64,000 nt of DNA from Macrostomum hystrix (Eukaryota > Animalia > Platyhelminthes), in NCBI GenBank assembly GCA_950097015.1, contig CATNEN010000034.1, positions 6,014,001 through 6,078,000 on the forward strand. Reading direction: 5' to 3'. A program made the position numbers and the translations under genes. Positions within the stretch are counted from its first letter, which is position 1. The number at the start of each line of letters is the position of its first letter. The notes beneath the pieces were generated by a model. That model saw only the letters and a list, made by a program, of their open reading frames with translations. It searched no databases and had not been told where the DNA came from. Of the stretch, positions 38,251 through 50,844 are shown piece after piece.

Positions 38251-39214
38251 AGTCGGGGAGGTTATAGTGAGTTAGGTTGTTGTGTGGGGTTGCAGTGGGC
38301 GAGGTTTTTGTGGGGGGAGTTTGTAGTGGGGAGGCTGTAATGGGGGAGGTTGCAGCCTAGTTGTTAGAGTTTTGTCTCAATAAGGTGACGTCGGGAGTTC
38401 GATTCCCAGTCCAGGGTTGCTTCGTAATTGCTGACATTCTGATGAAGGTGGTGCACATAAGTCGATAAGCTGAACAGCTAGTTGTAGCCTGTGTAAACAG
38501 TCTTTGGAAGCACCAGGCTATTGCTGTGGCTGTATCAATGGCTGTACATCTGGCCCAACAGTGTTATATTGGATTGGGCAAAATTTATATATAGTTAACC
38601 AATAAACGACATGCATATTGCATTATATCCGATGAGTGATGCAATCCCACTGTCATAAACTGCTTGCACAAATAGGCCGTTCCAGTCCGATAGGATATTG
38701 CATTGTCGCCAGTGATTTACGACACCCTAATTACATGCATTATCTAATAAACGGGCTAGTCAAGGTGAGGCCATCTTGTTAGATGTCATAGATAACTGGA
38801 AACAGTAGAATAATAATAATAATGCGTAGAAAAAGGAAAGTTTTGCTGTAATTTTCCTAAATGCCGGACAAAGTCTGCAGACATTGTAAACAGTCTTGAT
38901 GATTAATATTGCGTTCCCGAATCTTACAGCGCTAAAAGCGATGTTCAGGGCAAGATTAAAATTAATTAACGCTAAACAAGAAGCTTCAGCACAAGATCTC
39001 TAGAATGTCAATTTCTCGTAATCCCAGAATTAGGACCAAGGTAAACACTCATTAGGGATCTGAACTATGGACTGCAACTATTCTCAGACGCTGAAATAAA
39101 CCAGGGTTCGATTTCTAAGAAAGGAAAACAATAGGTTCATTGTTGAAATTGGCCATTGTCTGCTTTCGCGGTTTGAGTCGAATTAAAGACAATTGCATCC
39201 AATTATCCTTATAT

Positions 39215-40215
39215 CTAGGGTCCGGATAGTCTTCTACCTAGGGTCCGGATAGTCTTGTACCTAGGATCCTTATAGTCTTGTACCTAGGGTCCTTATAGTC
39301 TTGTACCTAGGGTCCTTATAGTCTTGTACCTAGGGTCCTTATAGTCTTGTACCTAGGATTCTTATAGTCTTGTACCTAGGGTCCTTATAGTCTTGTACCT
39401 AGATTCCTTATAGTCTTGTACCTAGGATTCTTATAGTCTTGTACCTAGGATTCTTATAGTCTTGTACCTAGGGTCCTTATAGTCTTGTACCTAGATTCCT
39501 TATAGTCTTGTACCTAGGATTCTTATAGTCTTGTACCTAGGATCCTTATAGTCTTGTACCTAGGGTCCTTATAGTCTTGTACCTAGGATTCTTATAGTCT
39601 TGTACCTAGGGTCCTTATAGTCTTGTACCTAGATTCCTTATAGTCTTGTACCTAGGATTCTTATAGTCTTGTACCTAGGATTCTTATAGTCTTGTACCTA
39701 GGTTCCTTATAGTCTTGTACCTAGGATCCTTATAGTCTTGTACCTAGGATCCTTATAGTCTTGTACCTAGGGTCCTTATAGTCTTGTACCTAGGTTCCTT
39801 ATAGTCTTGTACCTAGGATCCTTATAGTCTTGTACCTAGGGTCCTTATAGTCTTGTACCTAGGTTCCTTATAGTCTTGTACCTAGGATCCTTATAGTCTT
39901 GTACCTAGGGTCCTTATAGTCTTGTACCTAGGTTCCTTATAGTCTTGTACCTAGGGTCCTTATAGTCTTGTACCTAGGATCCTTATAGTCTTGTACCTAG
40001 GATCCTTATAGTCTTGTACCTAGGGTCCTTATAGTCTTGTACCTAGATTCCTTATAGTCTTGTACCTAGGATCCTTATAGTCTTGTACCTAGGATCCTTA
40101 TAGTCTTGTACCTAGGATCCTTATAGTCTTGTACCTAGGGTCCTTATAGTCTTGTACCTAGATTCCTTATAGTCTTGTACCTAGGGTCCTTATAGTCTTG
40201 TACCTAGGGTCCGGA
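39215..40215. repeat. 23-bp minisatellite (TAGTCTTGTACCTAGGGTCCTTA)
   Basis: About 43 units. Confidence 0.97.
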
Positions 40216-41502
40216 TATTCATGTACGTGAGATAATGGCCTTGAAATATTCCTTTTGGGCGTCTAAAGAAGACAATAACTCACTCTGATCAAAATTAGTC
40301 AACATCCGACTTGACGAGCATAGAAAACATTTTAGGCGAATTAATACTTTGGATTAGGCATAGCTTAGCCTTGAACAAAGGACAATTTTGTCTATGGCCG
40401 CGATGAGAGACGCTATATCGGCCAATTGAACTATATATTTTTTGGCCCGGCTAATCTTATGACGGCCATAGACTATTGGCTGGGCGAATGGTTTGTGCCA
40501 GAGACAATGGATAATTAGTCAAGACTGTGGTGCTTTTTTAAGCTGTCAATCAAATAATTAAACGGGGTCACTATTGTCAATTAGTCAGGAATTTTTCTTG
40601 CTCTGAATATAAAATCAAATATATGAGTATATTTATGTACTGATTTTGTACACCGATTTGAACTCAGTGTGCAATTGATAAGCAATTCTAATTAGCTAAC
40701 ATGATTTATAAATAAACAACACATTTGCTAATATAAATCTTTGCTTGCTTAATACAAAGCGTTTTATAAAATGCAAATTAAAGTATTAGTAATATAATTG
40801 CTATACAAAAGATTGACGATAATTACAGATAAGCATATAAAGACACAGTATGATAGCATTGTTAGTATTGTATAAGATGTAGATTTATGCAGATTGACAC
40901 AAACAAAAGATAAATTATATATATACACAAACACATTATTTTCATACAGATAGTGCTCTGTGACCACTAGTGTTAAAATTTACAAAACTCGGATGGCGAA
41001 ATGAATTAATCGATGCTTTAATTAGGACCTAGTCTTGTACCTAGTCTTACTAGACGACGCAGATTTGAATTCAACGGGATTTTGGAATTGAAATCGACAT
41101 TCAATTTGTCATGCTACGAACAGCAGATTACAAACGAAATGATTAAATTTAGAAATTAAAATATGCAACAATTTTTTTCTACCGGGAGAGGAGCATTCAG
41201 ACACCACAATAGTAGCAGACAATGACAATACCGGTTTGGAGGTAGCTGACACACTGAATAGTTCTGAATAGATTTATAAAAACATGACCGCCTTTGTTTT
41301 TGAACAAAGCTCTCTCTCTCCGCACAGGACTGGCTGGTTGACTAGATAATAATAAGCGCCAGGAGGGGTAGGACTGGCCGAGGATCTGAAAAGATTACGG
41401 GATTAATGAGTTTGAGAACCTGGGAAGATTACCTGTTGGGATTGTAGGATTAGCGAAGATTTGAGAATACGAGTATTTTGAGGACTTTTAAAATAAAACT
41501 AT

Positions 41503-41783
41503 CCTAATTGGGACAGATGGCAGCCGACAGCACAGCCGCAGCTATTTCACGGCGCATCTGAAGGCTGCGTACAGCAGTTCAGTCCATGGACTGGGGTGAC
41601 GCCAAACCCCACCCTAAATTACCTCAATTAATGCTGGTACCAATTCAACAGATGGGTGAACAGAAAAAATTCGGAGCTAAGTATCGTGCTAAAGGACACA
41701 AATTGTTCCAGTGGAGTCGGGAATCGAACCCCCGACCTTCAAGTCGTGATTCCGAAGCTCTAACCACTAGGCTACAACCCCTA
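41503..41783 (-). mobile_element. tRNA-derived CORE-like SINE (family A)
   Basis: Reverse-complement copy of 8887-9188 (box B GGGAATCGAACC, AAAGGACACAAATTG, AGTCCATGGACTG). Confidence 0.85.
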
Positions 41784-42003
41784 AAATACTATTAGAGGAT
41801 TAAAGAGGATTATTTTCAGAGAAAATCTTGCCTTGTGGATTTGGACAGAAATTAAATCTTAATTCTTAGAGAACTAAACAGCCCCTGATTATTGGCAACA
41901 GCGGGCGGCCAGACTGCGAGCGACACCAAAGTATGCTCACTTACTTATACAACTACTCTACGACTAGTTGACAGTAGACAGTAGCGAGCATGCGTCCAGG
42001 CCT

Positions 42004-42335
42004 TTACTGCGTTGGATTGCTAACTGAGGTGCTGCGAACTGAGGTACGCGGCGGCAGGGAGGGTGGCTTGGCTGAGGCCATCTGCGCCGACGCGGACGAC
42101 CTCGCTGACCGCGGCGGCAGCGGTGGAGGAGCCGCCGTTGGCGACGGCAAAGCGGCGGCGCCGGGCGCAACCGATTTGCCGCCAACTGACGAGGCCCAAA
42201 CGCCGACTGTCTGTCGGGGCGGCGGCAGAGGCGGCAGCTGACTATTCGTGTTACTGTGACTGGCTCCCTGGATAGCGCCGCCGCCGTTGCCACTGGAGCC
42301 AGCTGGTACCGGATCTGAGACGCTGCGCAAATGAT
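42004..42335 (-). CDS. SOS1: Son of Sevenless, exon 10/10 (proline-rich Grb2-SH3-binding tail)
   Basis: Acceptor ctttttgcag|, phase 1 compatible with exon 9. PxxPxR motifs PPLPPPR, PPPLPPR and PPSLPPR. Stop TAA. Confidence 0.85.
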
Positions 42336-42454
42336 CTGCAAAAAGAGAATGCCGCTGAATGTAAATTGAATTGAGTTCGATTGAATCGGAGTAAATTGAA
42401 TGATTTTTTTAGTAAGTCAGCGAAAAAAACTAACACAAGGGGAGATATTAGAGA

Positions 42455-42700
42455 GGGATATATGAGACAGGGATGAGATGAGACGGGAAAGATGACATAT
42501 GACAGGGATGAGATCAGACAGGGATGTATGAGACAGGAATAAAATGAGACAGGGGTGAGATGAGACAGGGGAAAGATAAGACAGGGGAAAGATGAGACAG
42601 GGGAAAATGAGACAGGGGAAAGATGAGACAGGGGAAAGATGAGACGGGAAAGATGAGACAGGGGAAAGATGAGACAGGGGAAAGATGAGACAGGGGAGAG
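42455..42700. repeat. 16-bp purine-rich tandem repeat (GAGACAGGGGAAAGAT), SOS intron
   Basis: Directly visible. Confidence 0.88.
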
Positions 42701-43207
42701 TAGGTAGATGGGGTGGGGTCGGATGTTGCCCAAATGCTTAGTCTAGAAGATGTACTATAAGATAGTCTAGCTAGAAGATGTCTATCTCATTAGTTCATTA
42801 TCGTCAGCTCAACGCGAATAAACACAGCAAAACCAAAAGCAATTACAGGAGGCAGACAGCAGTGTCACGCAATTTACCTGAGCTGTCCTGCCGCGCCAGC
42901 TCTTCAACAACTGAAATAGTTTATATTGAAACAAAACTTTATAAACTCGAAGATGGGTTAAAAACGGGTTACTTTGGTTAAATAATTTGAAAAACTGTCA
43001 TGCGTACAGCATTCGATGCTTAACATAAACCCTACAGAGCTATTGTGAAAGACCTATCACTGCACACAATATCATGCAGATTTCAGATACTCGTATAGGT
43101 CAACACTGGAATTCGAAATATTGATTCAGTTTTTTAGTTGGAATGCATTAAAAATCTGCAAGACCTCTGAAAAGATAACAGCATGCGCTTGGAAACTATT
43201 GGCGGAA

Positions 43208-44525
43208 TAGTCCCACACTGCTGGATAGTCCCACCCTGTGCTGGATAGTCCCACACTGCTGGATAGTCCCATCCTGTGCTGGATAGTCCCACACTGCTGG
43301 ATAGTCCCACCCTGTGCTGGATAGTCCCACCCTGTGCTGGATAGTCCCATCCTGTGCTGGATAGTCCCATCCTGTGCTGGATAGTCCCATCCTGTGCTGG
43401 ATAGTCCCATCCTGTACTGGATAGTCCCACCCTGTGCTGGATAGTCCCATCCTGTACTGGATAGTCCCACCCTGTGCTGGATAGTCCCACACTGTGCTGG
43501 ATAGTCCCACACTGTGCTGGATAGTCCCACACTGCTGGATAGTCCCACCCTGTGCTGGATAGTCCCACCCTGTGCTGGATAGTCCCACCCTGTGCTGGAT
43601 AGTCCCATCCTGTACTGGATAGTCCCACCCTGTGCTGGATAGTCCCACCCTGTGCTGGATAGTCCCACCCTGTACTGGATAGTCCCACCCTGTGCTGGAT
43701 AGTCCCACACTGTGCTGGATAGTCCCACCCTGTACTGGATAGTCCCACCCTGTGCTGGATAGTCCCACACTGCTGGATAGTCCCACCCTGTGCTGGATAG
43801 TCCCACACTGCTGGATAGTCCCACCCTGTGCTGGATAGTCCCATCCTGTGCTGGATAGTCCCACCCTGTGCTGGATAGTCCCATCCTGTACTGGATAGTC
43901 CCACCCTGTGCTGGATAGTCCCACACTGCTGGATAGTCCCACACTGCTGGATAGTCCCACCCTGTGCTGGATAGTCCCACACTGTGCTGGATAGTCCCAC
44001 CCTGTGCTGGATTGTCCCACACTGTGCTGGATAGTCCCACACTGTGCTGGATAGTCCCACACTGTGCTGGATAGTCCCACCCTGTGCTGGATTGTCCCAC
44101 CCTGTGCTGGATAGTCCCACACTGTGCTGGATAGTCCCATCCTGTGCTGGATAGTCCCATCCTGTGCTGGATAGTCCCATCCTGTGCTGGATTGTCCCAC
44201 ACTGTGCTGGATAGTCCCACCCTGTGCTGGATAGTCCCATCCTGTGCTGGATAGTCCCATCCTGTGCTGGATAGTCCCACCCTGTGCTGGATAGTCCCAC
44301 ACTGTGCTGGATAGTCCCACCCTGTGCTGGATAGTCCCACCCTGTGCTGGATAGTCCCATCCTGTACTGGATAGTCCCACCCTGTGCTGGATAGTCCCAC
44401 ACTGTGCTGGATAGTCCCACCCTGTGCTGGATAGTCCCATCCTGTGCTGGATAGTCCCATCCTGTGCTGGATAGTCCCATCCTGTGCTGGATAGTCCCAC
44501 ACTGTGCTGGATAGTCCCATACTGT
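43208..44525. repeat. 20/18-bp minisatellite (CTGGATAGTCCCACCCTGTG), SOS intron
   Basis: About 66 units. Confidence 0.97.
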
Positions 44526-45077
44526 AATTTTAAGTTAAGACTGAACTTCTAGCTAAAAACCTTAAAAGTTAAAACAGCAAAAGTAGTAGCAAAACAGTAG
44601 TATATTATTAACGAATCTCAGGTTTTGTTTAGTGTTTCAAAGCTTGTACTTGTACTTACAAAAGCGAAACACTCCTGTGCGTGTGTTTTTTCGGGTTTAT
44701 TAGAAAAATGTAGGCATTTATAAGTTTATTTAAAAAAATTTCTAAACCCCTTCGTCATTTTATTATTTTTATTTGACATTTAAGCCTTTCAACTACGTCA
44801 AATGTTATTATCCTGCTTTTGAGATCATATCAATAAAATCGAACTGTTTATGGGGGCTTAAATTGCTAGTCTATTATACTAATTATGCAGGGTTAGAAAT
44901 TCTGACTGCTGACCGAGAGGTCATCGCCCCATGAGAGGTCATTCTGCGGCTGTGCATCTGACTCAACTCCGCTAGGTGTAAATTCTATCTATCTATCCAT
45001 CAGAGTAATGCAAAGGTGCTGAGAGCTAGTCTGATACAATTACTAACTGCAAAACATGCGGTGCAAAATGTACTCAC

Positions 45078-45609
45078 TAGGCGAGTGAGCAATAATTCCA
45101 TTGGGCGAAGTTAACCCGGAGCCGCTAGATTTGCCAGAATGCGGTGGCAGCTGCTGGGCGTCGCGCAACGGCGAAGTCGGCCTGGAACCCGGCGACAAGC
45201 CGGCTGAGACAGCCGTCAACCTCGAATGGCTGCCCGCGACTGCGCCTCCGCTGACTGCTGCCTTCTTGGCGGATTTTCCGCCACCGCCTCCGCCGACTCC
45301 GCCGGCAGCTCCGCCTAAGCCGCCTGCCGTTGATGTCGACATGGGCGAGCGCAAAGTCTCTGCTGAAAATTTACGAGCACCGTAGCGCTTCAAAGAATCC
45401 TCGTCGGCGTCCTTCGGCTCCAGCTGATTGCTTAGCTCGTAGAAGACATTGTCCAACAGGCGCTGGTTCTGATTGGTGTCGTCTACCTCTTCTAGGTTGA
45501 GATCGCTCATGGGATTGATCTCCTGGACAAAAGCCTGAATGTCCTTCTCTACTCGCAGCCGGTAGCGCGTATCTTTGGCTTTGAGCAGTTCGTCTATGCG
45601 TTCGGCCAC
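45078..45609 (-). CDS. SOS1: Son of Sevenless, exon 9/10 (end of CDC25 domain, start of tail)
   Basis: gtcag|VAERIDELLKAKDTRYRL matches SOS KVAEITGEIQQYQNQPYCL. Donor A|gtgagt. Confidence 0.88.
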
Positions 45610-45734
45610 CTGACATTTGCGTATGGTCAAATGGAAGGTAATGAAAAAGTTAGCAATCAGACTTCGTAAATGTTAAAGAGAGATAGATTAGAAACTTAGA
45701 TCTAAAAATGACACCTAGCCCAGTTACTCAGATT

Positions 45735-45943
45735 GGGCTGTCCAGTCCATGGACTTGGGAATGCCACATCTACCCTCAATATTGCCAGCCAATGCTGGTA
45801 CCCATTTAACAGCTGGGTGAACTGAAGCAATGCAGAGTTAAGTGTTTTGCTAAAGGACACAAATTGTTACAGTGAAGTCGGGAATCGAGCACCCGACCTT
45901 TAATTCGTGAGTCCAACACTCTAACTACAAGGCTACAACCCCC
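45735..45943 (-). mobile_element. tRNA-derived CORE-like SINE (family A), 3'-truncated
   Basis: GGTACCCATTTAACAGCTGGGTGAACTGAAGCAATGCAGAGTTA is the reverse complement of the 8.98-9.02 kb copy. Confidence 0.85.
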
Positions 45944-46086
45944 GCACAACTCCTGTTGTAGAAAAAGATACTGTACATCTGCTGCTCAGTCCACGGACTG
46001 GGGACACCGCAAAAGCCACTATGTTTCCATTTATAGCCTTAAAATATGAATCCTGTTGGTTTACTTTCCAGAAAAAAATCACAAAC

Positions 46087-46485
46087 CTGGCGATAGCAGA
46101 AGAACGGAATCATAACCGTGGCGTCAGCTTCGGGGGTAGTAAGCGCTGTGGCTGCTCGGCCAGCTGTAGCAAGCTGCTGCTGATGCTGCTGCTGGTCACC
46201 TTTCACTCGGTTAATCTCTAATAGGCGGAAAATCAGGCTGAGGTGATAGCGCAGGTTGGGCACGCATGCTGTGTCCAAGGTGCGCAGTAGTTCGTCATAT
46301 TGTCGCATAGTGTTTCCATTGCTCACTAGCTCCTGCACCTGCTCCAGGAATTTGTTGTCTTTGCCATTCTTAATTAGCTTCCAGGTGTGCTGCAGGCGAA
46401 TGTACTGGATTGAGGAGTTCACGAAGACGCTGTCCAGGGCCGCTAGGCCAAGAAAGTTGTTGAGCGTGCGAAAATGCTTCATGAT
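46087..46485 (-). CDS. SOS1: Son of Sevenless, exon 8/10 (CDC25 domain incl. helical hairpin)
   Basis: IMKHFRTLNNFLGLAALDSVFVNSSIQYIRLQHTW and TACVP. Phase 0/0 splice sites cag| and CAG|gtttgt. Confidence 0.9.
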
Positions 46486-46559
46486 CTGAGATGGCGTTTT
46501 TGAGGAGATCAACGATAGATTTAAACTGATACTACAAAGCCGAATTCTTATTACACAGT

Positions 46560-46885
46560 CTACCAAGACTAGATACTGATGCAATCAACGCTCGTACAAA
46601 GACTAGATACTGATTCAGCCTATTAAGACTACATGATTCAATCACAAGACGAGCTACTGATAAAATCTACAAAGACCAGCTACTGATACAGTTTACAAAT
46701 ACTAGCTAACGAGTCTACAAAGACTAGCCACTGATACAACCTACCAAGACCAGCTACCGAGTCTACCAAGACCAGCTAACAAGCCTACGAAGACTAGCTA
46801 CACTGTCTACCAAGACTAGCTACCGAGTCTACTAAAACTAGCTAACAAGCCTACGAAGACTAGCTACCGAGTCTACCAAGAACAC
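46560..46885. repeat. Degenerate about 22-bp tandem repeat (CTACCAAGACTAGCTACCGAGT), SOS intron
   Basis: Recurring AAGACTAGCTA core. Confidence 0.75.
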
Positions 46886-46893
46886 ACGCGAAC

Positions 46894-47268
46894 CTCGTAG
46901 ATCCGTAGCAGCACTAATCGCCTCTCTTCAAGATTCTGAGTCTGCAGGACATTATTGCAGCACCACCAGGTTAGCCTATTAGTGAAGCGAATTAGTTTGT
47001 GCACATTTGGCGCCTTTAATTGCTTCTCGTTGGTCTTCATCCAGTCGCCGGTGACTAACTCCCAGGGTTCGATGCACATGTACAGAGAGAACATGTACAG
47101 CGTTATCTGTCTGGCCAGCTCCAGCGGGTGCAGAGTCATCAGGTTGAAGTCGCGCTTATCTCGGGCAGTGTGCCACAACACCTCGGGATAGTCGTCAGTT
47201 GGTTGAGTAAGCTCGTCACGGCCTTTGCCGCGAGAGCGCCTCTCCAGCTGCTTCAACAGGTTGGGAAC
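46894..47268 (-). CDS. SOS1: Son of Sevenless, exon 7/10 (start of CDC25 RasGEF domain)
   Basis: FNLMTLHPLELARQITL, IEPWELVTGDWMK, APNVHKLIRFTNRLTWW and NLEERR. Phase 0/0. Confidence 0.93.
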
Positions 47269-47334
47269 CTGGCGATATTTAGATAATACAATATGAACAT
47301 TATTGCAACAAAATATCGATGGAAACCTTTGAGC

Positions 47335-48340
47335 CGTTAGGGGAGCGTTCGAGTCATTCGAGAAGCGTTTGGGTCGTTAGGGAAGTGTGGAGTCGTTAGG
47401 GAAGCGTTTCAGTCGTTAGGGAAGTTTCGAGTCGTTAGGGAAGTGTGGAGTCGTTAGGGAAGCGTTTCAGTCGATAGGGAAGCGTTTCGGTCGTTAGGGA
47501 AGTTTCGAGTCGTTAGGAAGTTTCGAGTCGTTAGGAAGTTTCGAGTCGTTAGGGAAGTGTGGAGTCGTTAGGGAAGCGTTTCAGTCGTTAGCGATGTGTG
47601 GAGTCGTTAGGGAAGTGTGGAGTCGTTAGGAAGTTTCGAGTTGTTAGGAAGGTTCGAGTCGTTAGGAAGTTTCGAGTCGTTAGGAAGTTTCGAGTCGTTA
47701 GGGAAGTGTGGAGTCGTTAGGAAGTTTCGAGTCGTTAGGAAGTTTCGAGTCGTTAGGGAAGTGTGGAGTCGTTAGGGAAGCGTTTCAGTCGTTAGCGATG
47801 TGTGGAGTCGTTAGGGAAGTGTGGAGTCGTTAGGAAGTTTCGAGTTGTTAGGAAGGTTCGAGTCGTTAGGAAGTTTCGAGTCGTTAGGAAGTTTCGAGTC
47901 GTTAGGGAAGTGTGGAGTCGTTAGGAAGTTTCGAGTCGTTAGGAAGTTTCGAGTCGTTAGGGAAGTGTGGAGTCGTTAGGAAGTTTCGAGTCGTTAGGAA
48001 GTTTCGAGTCGTTAGGAAGTTTCGAGTCGTTAGGAAGTTTCGAGTCGTTAGGGAAGTGTGGAGTCGTTAGGAAGTTTCGAGTCGTTAGGAAGTTTCGAGT
48101 CGTTAGGAAGTTTCGAGTCGTTAGGGAAGTGTGGAGTCGTTAGGAAGTTTCGGGTTGTTAGGGAAGTGTGGAGTCGTTAGGAAGTTTCGAGTCGTTAGGA
48201 AGTTTCGAGTCGTTAGGAAGTTTCGAGTCGTTAGGAAGTTTCGAGTCGTTAGGAAGTTTCGAGTCGTTAGGGGAGTTTCAGTCGTTAGGGGAGCGTTTGA
48301 TTCGCTAGAGAAGCGTTTGAGTCGCTAGAGAAGTGCTTGA
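47335..48340. repeat. 18/19-bp minisatellite (GAGTCGTTAGGAAGTTTC / GAGTCGTTAGGGAAGTGTG), SOS intron
   Basis: Directly visible. Confidence 0.96.
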
Positions 48341-48449
48341 GTCCTAAACAAGGCCTTTGAAACGTCTAAAATTCTGATTCTATAACGAAATTTTGAAAGT
48401 AGGAGCGAATAAACTGATAAAACAAAAGTAGTGCAAGGGCATAACAAAC

Positions 48450-48614
48450 CTGAAACTTTTTAATATCATAGAGCTTGTCAACCGACGGTCCGTTGAGAAA
48501 ATCACGCATTGCATCAATGAGCTCCGGACACTTTCTGAAGTCGTGAAAGTAGTTGTCAATCCACAGAGTCATCACTTTCAGTACGCGTAGACGCACTTTT
48601 CGACAGTATTTGTC
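48450..48614 (-). CDS. SOS1: Son of Sevenless, exon 6/10 (REM domain)
   Basis: DKYCRKVRLRVLKVMTLWIDNYFHDF. Phase 0/0. Confidence 0.92.
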
Positions 48615-48728
48615 CTGCAGAGTAGAAATGAATTTTTGTTTTCATCGAAATTCTATTAAACTGACTCTATCTACTCTACTGACAAGTAGAAAGTAAAGAG
48701 TTTTCTCGGTTTTTTTCAAACATCTTAC

Positions 48729-49041
48729 CTCGAATTCCCGCTTTCTCAACTGAGCATGGGCAACAGACATTAATGATTCGTCTGTCTGAAAGTCTACATA
48801 GGTGTAGTCAGGAAAATTGAATCGGCTAATGAGCTTCTCTAGTAGGTGCTGCGGGGTGCAGAACGATCTGTAGGTCATTAGGAAGACCTTTGTTAAGCGG
48901 CTGTCAATATTGCCGCTGTAGTGGGTCATTCGCTCGATCAATTTGTTAAGGGTGGCGCGGCGTATCACGTGGGACTCGCTTGAGCTGTTCTCGCAGTTCT
49001 CCTCTAGCTCAATCACCTGCTCGGAGTCGGACTGCCAGTAC
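48729..49041 (-). CDS. SOS1: Son of Sevenless, exon 5/10 (REM domain)
   Basis: IRRATLNKLIERMT and FLMTYRSFCTPQHLLEKLISRF. Acceptor tatccag|G is phase 2. Donor GAG|gtaaga. Confidence 0.92.
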
Positions 49042-49114
49042 CTGGATAAGAAGCGGTTACACCCTTTTAAAAATGCTTTAAATGTCCTTGGGATCCTGTT
49101 AAAAACCAATTAAT

Positions 49115-49445
49115 ATGGTAACTAGGAGATGACTGGCATTTGCCTCTTTCACAAAGGTCCCTGAGCTCGATTCCGCGGCGAGGCCACATTCATTTGAGGC
49201 GCAGCCGCGGAGAGAAGGCTTGGGGGGCTTATCATGCAATTTACGCCACAGAGGGGCCAACCTCCAAGGCACAGTGAGAGTGTACACTGCCTGTCGATAA
49301 GTCAGGGCAGATGTACACACCATGCAAGTGTGTACCTGCGTACGGTATCAGTGCGCGTGTGTTCAGGAGTCAGTGGAATGGGCAGAATTGGCAAAGGCCA
49401 AAAAATGTGCCTGTGGCCTCTAACCCTCCTGAAAATATTATATAA
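49115..49445 (+). mobile_element. tRNA-derived SINE (family B), antisense in SOS intron
   Basis: Shares the about 85-bp head with 14861-14944. The 3' extent is estimated from an AT-rich tail. Confidence 0.6.
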
Positions 49446-49620
49446 TTTTGAATACTAATATGTACAATATCATTTCTACAGTAACTACCTCTACTTGTTC
49501 CAGAATGATAACACCTGTTCTTGGATGCTAAGTATCTAAAAAATTTCAGTCAATAGCCTTTGAGCTAATCATTAATCTTATCCAGCGGCTAAAAATGAAA
49601 CTCAGGACAAAATGACTCAC

Positions 49621-49704
49621 TCATATCCGCGGTGATCCAACGGGAAGGCAATGGCCTCAGGCGTATCGGTGAGGCCTTTCAGCGACAGGTGCTCCTCGAA
49701 CATG
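49621..49704 (-). CDS. SOS1: Son of Sevenless, exon 4/10 (PH-REM linker)
   Basis: ttttag|C MFEEHLSLKGLTDTPEAIAFPLDHRGY GA|gtgagt. Phases fit both neighbours. Confidence 0.82.
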
Positions 49705-49853
49705 CTAAAATAAAAGTTAAAGATTTTTTGGTCTAAAACGGTAGATAATGTCATACTATTATAAAACTTGATTCTACTATAAGTAGAAAAGAGCAATCTA
49801 GACCGTCTTTTTTGTGATACAAATTTAAAAAAAGATTTCTAAAATAAACTTAC

Positions 49854-50013
49854 TGATACGATTGCAGGTAGATTAGAATAAGCATCCATTCTTCCTTGTC
49901 TGTTAGACTCTTTGTAGCGAAGGTGATTCGCTGTTTGACTGGGACAGCGCCGCCGTAACCGCCGTCGGCAGTGTCGGGCGAAGGCAGGTACTCAATTGAA
50001 AAGGAGTGCATCT
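49854..50013 (-). CDS. SOS1: Son of Sevenless, exon 3/10 (PH domain C-terminal half)
   Basis: MHSFSIEY...ITFATKSLTDKEEWMLILIYLQSY matches SOS AFEII..VIFSAKSAEEKNNWM. Splice sites atacag| and |gtaagt. Confidence 0.88.
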
Positions 50014-50844
50014 CTGTATAAAACAGAAAGTGTACGTTTTAGAGGCAAAAATTAATTGTTAGTTTTTATATTTGAATTGTAACTATAGTTACAGAATTAG
50101 CTGATCAAAATGTTATAAAAATACCTACATAAAACTATACTGCTCAAATCTAGTTTGTTTGCGGATAATTCTTAGTCTCTCGCAATTATTTTAGTTATTA
50201 ACGAGTCATTAGGCGAACATTTTTAGCAAATTTTGTCTTTCTTTGACTTTCTCATGTTCAGAATTTTAGTAAAACTAAATACTTTAAAAACTCTGCTAAG
50301 TTAAACGAAAGTTATCTGTTTTCTTTAAGTATTGCATCCGCATTCGCCTATCTGTACAGTATATTTTGGGACAGACAGTCAGCCTACACTGGTCCAGAAA
50401 ATTAGGGTTTGGCGTGTAGTTTATTCACGACTCCATGATCCAGGGCATCTTCAACCAGTCGGCTCACGTGCGCCTGACCTGACATAGGCGCACAACAAAA
50501 CCCTAGAATTAGTACGCCCGCATGCCTTCTCTCCAAAGCCACCCACCCAGCAACCCAGCCATACGTCTCCCCGCAATTCTGGCCTGGATCCTAAAAGCTT
50601 CATAGTTTTCATGCTAAAAAATTATTCGTCACAATCACTGCACTGCCAGTCGAACTGTAGACTGAAACCTGAACCAACTCTGCTTTATGCGAACATTAAC
50701 ACTGATTTAGTATTGCATTATTATTTGTATTTTTTAATTTAGTTTCACGAACAATAAGTTACTCAATTTAGCAGTGTCTTTAATCCGATTGTTTAGCACT
50801 AGATTTTTCTAATTGTAATTTATGTTTAGAACCAACACTGTGCC

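Noticed and set aside
38436-38480. Hammerhead-ribozyme-like CTGATGA cores (also 22285, 61882, 62403)
   Set aside because: None is followed by a proper stem II plus GAAA, and two lie inside transposase coding sequence.
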